Origin: an uncultured Verrucomicrobiae bacterium
GTDB lineage: Bacteria > Verrucomicrobiota > Verrucomicrobiia > Chthoniobacterales > Terrimicrobiaceae
DNA length: 64,000 bases
Direction: 5' to 3'
Assembly (NCBI GenBank): GCA_963706955.1
Contig: CAVPOC010000008.1
Location: 544,001 to 608,000 of the forward strand
Shown here: positions 57,291 to 64,000 of the stretch, piece by piece
Position numbering within the stretch: position 1 is the first letter of the stretch
Layout of the letters: each line of letters starts with the position of its first letter
Notes under the pieces: model-generated
What the model was told of the DNA's origin: nothing
Seen by the model: the letters and a program-made list of their open reading frames with translations, nothing else
Database searches by the model: none
Made by a program: the position numbers and the translations under genes

Positions 57291-57602
57291 ATGTGGAAAG
57301 TCGTAGTAACAGAGATTCAGGACGCAAGCGCCCTGGAGCCCTTCGATGTGCCGGCTGGGGCTTTTTTTGTCAGCAAGGAACGACTTGCGCGGACCGTGGA
57401 GAATCTCGATCTGCCGGGGTTGATCGACGCCCTCGAGGCCATGCAATACGCGAGGGAAGCCCGGCCCGTTTCGAGCGAAGGAACTCCGCCGAGACGGAAT
57501 TCGTTGCGGGCGAACGCGGGCTCTGAAATCCACCGCGTGAACCGACTGCGGTCGCAACCGATAGCAGTGGCAACTCAATTTGTTTCGAAAAACGGTCCAT
57601 GA
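57291..57602 (+). CDS. Hypothetical protein
   Basis: AAGAAAGG RBS-like sequence; ATGA overlap with the LytTR gene. Confidence 0.5.
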   Translation: MWKVVVTEIQDASALEPFDVPAGAFFVSKERLARTVENLDLPGLIDALEAMQYAREARPVSSEGTPPRRNSLRANAGSEIHRVNRLRSQPIAVATQFVSKNGP

Positions 57603-58093
57603 TATTCAACCATCTCCAGAAGCGGCTTCCCGGGCCGCCATCTACCATTCACCTCCAAGGGCTTACCAACGGCACCCATCGTCAACCTTCCTCGGCTTCG
57701 GATGACGAGCTGCAAAGCCTCGAGGGCGAAGAGATTGCTCAGCGCAACGGTGGGATCTTTCAAGATAACGACTTCGTTTTCGTCAGTGACAACGTGAACT
57801 GCTGGGTGGTGCGGGCTGCGGATATCTCGGTGCTCGAAGCGTGCGGAAACTACACGCGCGTCTACTTCAACGACTCCTCGGCCTTGATTCGCCGTCCCCT
57901 CCGGGAGTGTGAGTGTCGGTTGGATCCCTCCACGTTTTTTCGGACCCGGCGCGATTGTGTGGTCAATCTCAGCCGCGTGAAGCAAATGCGGATGCTCGAC
58001 GCCAAGCGCTTCCTTTTTGTTCTGCTGGACGGCAAGGAGGTGCCAATGTCGCGAAAGCAGAGCCTCATTTTCCGAAAGACAAAGGCCCTCTAA
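57599..58093 (+). CDS. Stand-alone LytTR DNA-binding domain protein
   Basis: LEACGNYTRV, LDPSTFFRTRRDCVVNL, VPMSR; no receiver domain. Confidence 0.85.
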   Translation: MIFNHLQKRLPGPPSTIHLQGLTNGTHRQPSSASDDELQSLEGEEIAQRNGGIFQDNDFVFVSDNVNCWVVRAADISVLEACGNYTRVYFNDSSALIRRPLRECECRLDPSTFFRTRRDCVVNLSRVKQMRMLDAKRFLFVLLDGKEVPMSRKQSLIFRKTKAL

Positions 58094-58216
58094 GCCAAAA
58101 GTCTTGCCCGAAACCGCCGATCGGCGCTTGGGTGCGGACACTCGCTGACCGCCATTTTGGAACAGGATTTTTGACGAGGTGCGTGGCCAGTGTCGCCCTT
58201 CAGGGAGTGGGCAGAA

Positions 58217-58816
58217 TCAACACCAGCCGCCCCACGCACGGAGCTGGTTAAGGGCTCGCCCGCGATGGCTGAGGCGGTTCTTGGTCGCGACGGGAAGCTC
58301 GCCGAACGTCTGTGAAAAACCATCTGGCATAAAGAGTGGATCATACCCGAATCCCTCCACGCCGCGCACGCATGAGGCGATTAGTCCCTCGACGATACCG
58401 CTGAACGCCGCCAGTTTACGGCCGGCGCGCGCAAGAACGATGACGCAGCGGAATCGTGCTCGTCGCTCCTGTTCAGGAACCTTCTTCAGGTTTTTCAGGA
58501 GCAAGGTGTTATTTTCAGAATCGCTGGCAGCGTCTCCAGCGTATCGGGCGGAGTAGATCCCGGGAGCGCCTCCCAAGGCGTCGACCTCCAGACCGGAATC
58601 GTCAGCGATGACCCATCCCTCGAAAAGCTGTGACGCAGCTACAGCTTTGAGCTCGGCATTTTCCTCGAAGCTGGTTCCAGTCTCCTCCACTTCATGCATG
58701 GTCGGCAGGATAGACAAGTCCGACACCTCGAACGGGTCTCCGAGGATGGTCCGAATCTCGCGGAGCTTGTGCGGGTTTCGCGTGGAGACAAGCAAGGGAA
58801 TTGGCGATGTGCACAT
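58217..58816 (-). CDS. rdgB: Non-canonical purine NTP pyrophosphatase
   Basis: TRNPHKLRE, EETG.SFEENA, ADDSGL, GFGYDP, SHRG. Confidence 0.95.
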   Translation of the reverse strand: MCTSPIPLLVSTRNPHKLREIRTILGDPFEVSDLSILPTMHEVEETGTSFEENAELKAVAASQLFEGWVIADDSGLEVDALGGAPGIYSARYAGDAASDSENNTLLLKNLKKVPEQERRARFRCVIVLARAGRKLAAFSGIVEGLIASCVRGVEGFGYDPLFMPDGFSQTFGELPVATKNRLSHRGRALNQLRAWGGWC

Positions 58817-58899
58817 CTTCCCTCTGTTGCGCTGGAAATGAGTCGCCGGCAAGAAATTGATTTCGCTTGGCCCGCATTGCTTCCAAAGTAGGCTTGAAC

Positions 58900-59439
58900 A
58901 TGGATCGGCTCTTCAAACGCGCACGACAACTGGCAAGACCGATGTTGGCGTGGTTGCGGGCTTGGCCTTGGTTCGTGGCCAGCATCGTTCTTGGATTTTG
59001 GATCGAGGAGAACTTTCCATTTTCGCATTGGCCGATGTATTCAAATTTCTCGAGAGAGTCGGGTTACGTGTATGTGATCAATGCCGCCGGGGAACCGATC
59101 GCCGCGGCGACACTGTTGGAAACTGCGCCGAGGCTCCGACGCCAGTTTGAGCGAGAGCGGCGGACGGAGCTCAATCGTGTGAAAACTGGCCAGGCGGTCA
59201 AAACGCCCGCCGAGATCGAGCGCGATGCCGCAATGCATCTCTTGAAACGGCTCGCACAGCGATTGTCTCCCGATGAGCGAAAGTCCGCAAACGGGCTGGG
59301 ACTGGTCAGCGCACGGCTGAGAATGGACGACAATCGCAAGATCACCGTAACGGAGCAGACCGTGGCGACAATTGAGTTTGAAGGCATACCTTACACCCCG
59401 ACCTCCGCCGGCGACGACCTCCTCAAGGAAGCCCTCTAA
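58900..59439 (+). CDS. Membrane-anchored hypothetical protein
   Basis: One TM helix then ENFPFSHWPMYS motif. Confidence 0.6.
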   Translation: MDRLFKRARQLARPMLAWLRAWPWFVASIVLGFWIEENFPFSHWPMYSNFSRESGYVYVINAAGEPIAAATLLETAPRLRRQFERERRTELNRVKTGQAVKTPAEIERDAAMHLLKRLAQRLSPDERKSANGLGLVSARLRMDDNRKITVTEQTVATIEFEGIPYTPTSAGDDLLKEAL

Positions 59440-59450
59440 CCAAGCAGGCT

Positions 59451-60377
59451 ATGGACAAACGTGCTCTCACCGACATCGTTCCTCGGATAGATTTCGCCTG
59501 GTGGGAAACGGCCATCATGCGGGCAGGATTTGCCATCCTCCTCCTGACTCGCTTTCCCTCTCTTGGTTCTCTTCCGGCCCCCGGGGCCGAGCTTCGTTTT
59601 CCAAACGGCTTGGCCAAGTGGATCGATTTGACCTGGGCTCTCGACCCCGGGCCATACTCGTTCATTGTGATCCTTCTGAATGCTGCCGCAGCCCTCTACA
59701 TCACCGGTCTCGCCTTTCCGCTCTCCTCCACGGTGTTGTTCCTCTGCTACTTGGTGACGGGAACATTGCAGAACTCGCTGGGCTCCATCAGCCACTACTA
59801 TCAAGTAATGACACTGATGCTGCTCGGACAGGCGATCGCCGCCTGGCTGTGGGCCGCGCTGGGGCCAGACCGGCTCGAGGCTTGGACACGTTCCCCGGCC
59901 TCCTTGCACTCTTTCACGACCCGGGTGACTCTCCAGGTTCTCGCAGGTAATTACGTTCTCTGCGCTCTTACCAAGCTCATCCAGAGCGACGGCGCCTGGA
60001 TTTGGAATAGCCAGTATATGCCCGTGCAATATGCGAAGATTCAGGCCCAGCACTACTATACGACCTTACAGAATCGAGACCTCGGGTTGGGAGGGACGCT
60101 CAATGACCTCTGCACCCAACATGCCTGGCTGTGCATGCTCGTTTACGCGCCCGGATTGATCGGGGAACTGCTCACCTTTCTGATGCTTTTCGGCCGAGTC
60201 TGGCTGCTGCTCGTCGGCCTTGCGGTCATTGCGATGCACGCACTCGTCGAAATCACCATGAACCTCGCTTTTCCTCAGCACCAGTGGATCTTCCTTATCT
60301 ACGCCGTCAATCTTCCGTTCTGGATCGTCAGAGGAATGCAGAGCCGTCCCGTCGGACTGCGCCGACATCCCGCCTAA
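59451..60377 (+). CDS. Multi-TM membrane protein, possibly HTTM-like
   Basis: SISH, Y...LTKL..G..W and MH...ITMNLAF motifs. Confidence 0.55.
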   Translation: MDKRALTDIVPRIDFAWWETAIMRAGFAILLLTRFPSLGSLPAPGAELRFPNGLAKWIDLTWALDPGPYSFIVILLNAAAALYITGLAFPLSSTVLFLCYLVTGTLQNSLGSISHYYQVMTLMLLGQAIAAWLWAALGPDRLEAWTRSPASLHSFTTRVTLQVLAGNYVLCALTKLIQSDGAWIWNSQYMPVQYAKIQAQHYYTTLQNRDLGLGGTLNDLCTQHAWLCMLVYAPGLIGELLTFLMLFGRVWLLLVGLAVIAMHALVEITMNLAFPQHQWIFLIYAVNLPFWIVRGMQSRPVGLRRHPA

Positions 60378-60443
60378 GATAAGAGTAAACCATACGGGAT
60401 CTTGACTGCCAGCCTAAGCCGTCATGTCCTGTATCGCCCGGCC

Positions 60444-63050
60444 ATGGCATCCCAACGCAAGCAATTTCCTTTTCTTGATTTCGAACCCAAATGGCAGTCG
60501 CGATGGCTGGTCGAAGGAGGGTTTCGCGCTCCCAATCCGGGAGACGCCGGTTTTGATGCAGCAAAGCCCAAGTACTACATCCTCGACATGTTTCCTTATC
60601 CGAGCGGCGAGGGACTGCATGTGGGCCACGTGGAGGGATACACCGCCACCGACATCCTCGCTCGCTTCAAGCGGATGCGCGGCTTCAACGTTCTCCATCC
60701 GATGGGGTGGGACGCCTTCGGACTCCCAGCAGAGCAATTTGCCATCAAGACCGGACAGCATCCTCAGATCACTACTGAGCGCAACATCGCCCGATTCCGA
60801 GCACAACTTCGATCGATCGGCTTCAGTTATGATTGGACACGCGAATTCAGCACGACCGACCCGGATTATCTTCGATGGACTCAATGGATTTTTCTCAAGC
60901 TCTATGGTTCATGGTTTAATCCCCAAACCCAAAAAGCAGAGTCGATAGGAACTTATCAAGGCGAAGACCCAGACAGCGTTCGGCTCGCCTACGTCGCCGA
61001 AATGCCGGTGAACTGGTGCACCGCGCTTGGCACAGTCCTGGCCAATGAGGAGGTCGTCGACGGCAAGAGCGAGATTGGGGGGCACCCAGTCGAGCGACGC
61101 CCGATGAGACAATGGATACTTCGCATCACCGCCTATGCAGAGCGGCTAATCAATGAGCTCGAAGGGCTGGACTGGCCACACGGCATCAAACTCCTGCAGC
61201 GGAATTGGATCGGTCGAAGCGAAGGCGCCGCCGTGAAGTTCAGTCTGGCCAACGGCGGCAGCGACTTGGAAGTATTCACGACGCGTCCAGACACGCTTTT
61301 CGGCGCCACCTATATGGTGCTCTCACCCGAGCACCCGTTAGTCGCTGAGATCACTGCCCCCGAGCAAAGGGCGGACGTGGATGCCTATCAACGCGAGGTC
61401 GGCTCGAAGTCCGACTTGGAGCGCACCGAACTGACCAAGGAAAAGACTGGTGTCTTTACCGGCGCATACGCGATCAATCCGGTAAACGGCGAAAAAATTC
61501 CGATTTGGATCGCGGACTACGTGCTCATGGGTTACGGGACCGGGGCGATCATGGCGGTCCCGGCGCACGACCAAAGGGATTTTGAATTTGCCAAGCAATT
61601 CGGATTGGAGATCCGGCGCGTCGTTCAGGAGGTTGGAGATGACCGGACAATGGACGGTTCTAACGTTCCCATGGCCGCGGCGTTTAGCGGAGAAGGCATT
61701 GCCGTCAACTCCGCGCTGCTGAGTGGACTACCCACACCTCAGGCGAAGGAAAAGATCGTGGCTTGGCTCCAACAGCAGGATTTGGGACGGAGAACTGTCA
61801 GCTATAAGCTTCGCGATTGGCTGTTTTCGCGACAGCGGTACTGGGGTGAGCCGTTTCCGATCGTTTGGGAAAAGGGCAGACATCGCGCTCTCGACGAGAG
61901 CGAACTTCCCCTCCTCCAACCAGCGATGGAAGATTTCAAGCCTACCGGCACGCCAGAGCCGCCGCTCAGCAAAGCCCGCGCTTGGGTAAACTATTCCGAC
62001 TCCATCAGGCGCGAAACGAATACCATGCCGCAATGGGCCGGCTCCTGCTGGTACTATTTGCGCTTCTGCGATCCGAAGAACTCAGCGCGCTTTGTCGGCA
62101 AACAAGCCGAAGCCTATTGGATGACTGGGAGGGTGGAAGGTGCTCCTCCAGAGCCGCAGCCGTGCGGCGGCGTCGACCTCTATGTCGGCGGAACTGAGCA
62201 TGCAGTGCTGCACCTGCTCTACGCGCGGTTTTGGCACAAGGTCCTCTTCGACTTAGACTATCTCTCAACTTCCGAGCCATTCCAGCGGCTCGTTAATCAA
62301 GGAATTATTCTGGGTCCTGACAATCAGAAGATGTCCAAGAGCAGGGGTAATGTGGTGAATCCTGAAAACGTGATCGCGGAGTATGGCGCGGATTCCTTGC
62401 GACTCTATGAAATGTTCATGGGTCCGCTCGAGCAAATGAAACCCTGGAGCATGAAGGGGGTTGAAGGCGTGTATCGCTTTCTCGGACGCGTGTGGCGGCT
62501 GGTCAGCGAGGAAACTCAGGAAGGCGACTGGACGCTTTCTCGTGAACTCGCCGAGGTCGAACTTAGTGACCGCCAACTCCGTCTGATTCACGCGACCATC
62601 AAGAAGGTCACTGAGGACATTGAAGGCTTAGCGTTCAATACGGCGATCTCCCAAATGATGATTTTGACTAATGAATTTGTTAACGCCAGACCTCGCCCCG
62701 TCGCCGGCTTGCGGATTCTGCTGACGCTCCTCTCACCGTTCGCCCCGCATTTGAGCGAAGAACTCTGGGAGCGCCTCGCAGAGAAGTTTTCCGGATTTGA
62801 TACCCACGCGTCTTTGCAGCCGTGGCCCGTTTACGATGAGAATCTCCTGACTGTCGATGAAGTCGAATATGCCGTGCAAATAAATGGCAAGGTGCGCGAT
62901 CGCATGCTCGCGAAGAAGGGCGCCTCGGACTCTGAATTGGAAAAAGCTGCGCTGACGACGCCGAAGGTCCGGGAAGCCGTCGCTGGCAAGCCGGTGCTCA
63001 AAACTATCATCGTGCGCGACAAGTTAGTAAATATTGTGCTGGGAAAATAG
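60444..63050 (+). CDS. leuS: Leucine--tRNA ligase
   Basis: [37 protein letters not shown]. Confidence 0.98.
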   Translation: MASQRKQFPFLDFEPKWQSRWLVEGGFRAPNPGDAGFDAAKPKYYILDMFPYPSGEGLHVGHVEGYTATDILARFKRMRGFNVLHPMGWDAFGLPAEQFAIKTGQHPQITTERNIARFRAQLRSIGFSYDWTREFSTTDPDYLRWTQWIFLKLYGSWFNPQTQKAESIGTYQGEDPDSVRLAYVAEMPVNWCTALGTVLANEEVVDGKSEIGGHPVERRPMRQWILRITAYAERLINELEGLDWPHGIKLLQRNWIGRSEGAAVKFSLANGGSDLEVFTTRPDTLFGATYMVLSPEHPLVAEITAPEQRADVDAYQREVGSKSDLERTELTKEKTGVFTGAYAINPVNGEKIPIWIADYVLMGYGTGAIMAVPAHDQRDFEFAKQFGLEIRRVVQEVGDDRTMDGSNVPMAAAFSGEGIAVNSALLSGLPTPQAKEKIVAWLQQQDLGRRTVSYKLRDWLFSRQRYWGEPFPIVWEKGRHRALDESELPLLQPAMEDFKPTGTPEPPLSKARAWVNYSDSIRRETNTMPQWAGSCWYYLRFCDPKNSARFVGKQAEAYWMTGRVEGAPPEPQPCGGVDLYVGGTEHAVLHLLYARFWHKVLFDLDYLSTSEPFQRLVNQGIILGPDNQKMSKSRGNVVNPENVIAEYGADSLRLYEMFMGPLEQMKPWSMKGVEGVYRFLGRVWRLVSEETQEGDWTLSRELAEVELSDRQLRLIHATIKKVTEDIEGLAFNTAISQMMILTNEFVNARPRPVAGLRILLTLLSPFAPHLSEELWERLAEKFSGFDTHASLQPWPVYDENLLTVDEVEYAVQINGKVRDRMLAKKGASDSELEKAALTTPKVREAVAGKPVLKTIIVRDKLVNIVLGK

Positions 63051-63078
63051 GAACGACCATTGTCGTTCGTGCCTCGCC

Positions 63079-64000
63079 ATGCCTGCAAATTCTAACGAGA
63101 TGATTTTTCTGGAAGAAGACGACTGGCACGAGCGCCGTGCCAAGCATAAAGCCAGGGTGCGCAGATGGATTGAGCCACGACTCGAGCGCGCGGCGCGGCA
63201 TGAATGTGATCCGGTGGAAGACTTCCTCTTCGAATATTATCCCTACCGTCCTGCCAAGCTTCTTCACTGGCATCCTGGGATCGGTGTCGAGCTGCAAGGC
63301 GAAACGGCCCGCGAGTATCTCTCTGGCAAGGACTACCATGAAACGCAGCAGGGCGTCACCGTTGGCGTGTCACAGCTCTCCGTGGCGCGGATCCAATCCA
63401 TCGGGTGGATCGGTCACCTGCTTCGGCGCACCGCCGATAGAATCGGCGCCTTCGGTTGCTTCGGTCTTCACGAATGGGCCATGGTCTACGAGGCAGAGTC
63501 GATTCGCCATCCGACCTGGCCCCTGCGTATAACGGCTGCGGAAATTGCCGTCGTTATTCAATCGCTGCGAATCCGCTGCACGCATTACGACGCTTTTCGT
63601 TTTTTCACATCGCCAGCGCGCCCGCTCAACAGATATCAGCTGACGCGCGACACGACATCTGCCTTCGAACAACCGGGCTGCCTGCACACAAACATGGACC
63701 TCTATAAGTGGGCTTTCAAACTTGCGCCCTTCACGTCATCCGACCTCGTGGCGGACTGCTTTGAACTCGCCTGGCGCATCCGAGTGCTCGATATGCGAGC
63801 GAGTCCCTACGATCTCACGGCAATCGGATATCCGCCAGTCTGCGTCGAAACGCCGGAAGGGCGTGCAGAATACGAGAGCCTCCAGCGAGACTTTGCCCGC
63901 AGGGCCGCGCCGCTTCGCCAGCGTTTGCAAGCGGTCTGCGCAACCATCGTCGAGAGCTGGACCATTCGTGAGGTCGATAGGGCCGTTTCCGACTTGCCTT
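63079..64000 (+). CDS. Conserved protein often labelled '3-methyladenine DNA glycosylase' (runs off the window)
   Basis: Open frame to the window end with DFLFEYY, FGCFGLHEWAMVY, EQPGCLH.NMDLYKW, DMRASPYDL. Confidence 0.75.
   Translation, partial: MPANSNEMIFLEEDDWHERRAKHKARVRRWIEPRLERAARHECDPVEDFLFEYYPYRPAKLLHWHPGIGVELQGETAREYLSGKDYHETQQGVTVGVSQLSVARIQSIGWIGHLLRRTADRIGAFGCFGLHEWAMVYEAESIRHPTWPLRITAAEIAVVIQSLRIRCTHYDAFRFFTSPARPLNRYQLTRDTTSAFEQPGCLHTNMDLYKWAFKLAPFTSSDLVADCFELAWRIRVLDMRASPYDLTAIGYPPVCVETPEGRAEYESLQRDFARRAAPLRQRLQAVCATIVESWTIREVDRAVSDLP

Noticed and set aside
56852..57327. Overlapping small ORFs, one echoing the LuxR N-terminus (MVQMNQK)
   Set aside because: The similarity is fully explained by the repeated 22-bp DNA box; no coding evidence.
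49781..58093. Cluster as an island integrated at tRNA-Leu
   Set aside because: It lies on the tRNA 5' side; no duplicated tRNA end or active integrase is seen.
63007..63930. Short ORFs listed at the window end
   Set aside because: Alternative frames of the real CDS starting at 63079 that runs off the window.

Overview
Chromosomal window from a Verrucomicrobia-like bacterium (16S begins AGAGTTTGATTCTGGCTCAG; spacer order tRNA-Ala then tRNA-Ile). Core content: tmRNA, yajC-secDF, a complete minus-strand rRNA operon, gnd, pgsA, glycan genes, pxpABC, P-II, GSII-type glutamine synthetase, a sugar ABC transporter with galM, rdgB and leuS. Accessory content: (i) a decayed integron next to the tmRNA 3' end (truncated integrase N-terminus, two cassettes, one clear attC) with RAYT and IS630 debris; (ii) two head-to-tail ISL3 copies after tRNA-Arg, followed by a TPR/DUF4331/HupE-UreJ cluster; (iii) the best candidate for an undescribed system, an 8-kb regulator-rich cluster (49994-58093). 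That cluster encodes a VAO/PCMH-type flavoprotein, a ketosynthase lacking both catalytic His, an output-less sensor-like protein, a tandem RHH protein, an intact IS607 serine recombinase lacking its catalytic Ser, a LuxR-type regulator with three 22-bp operator-like boxes and a stand-alone LytTR protein. The 23S rRNA carries a ~138-nt helix-63 expansion built partly from a heptamer repeat that recurs in the spacer. Many single-base frameshifts, including in gnd, look like long-read consensus errors. All family calls are from motif recognition by eye, not database searches.
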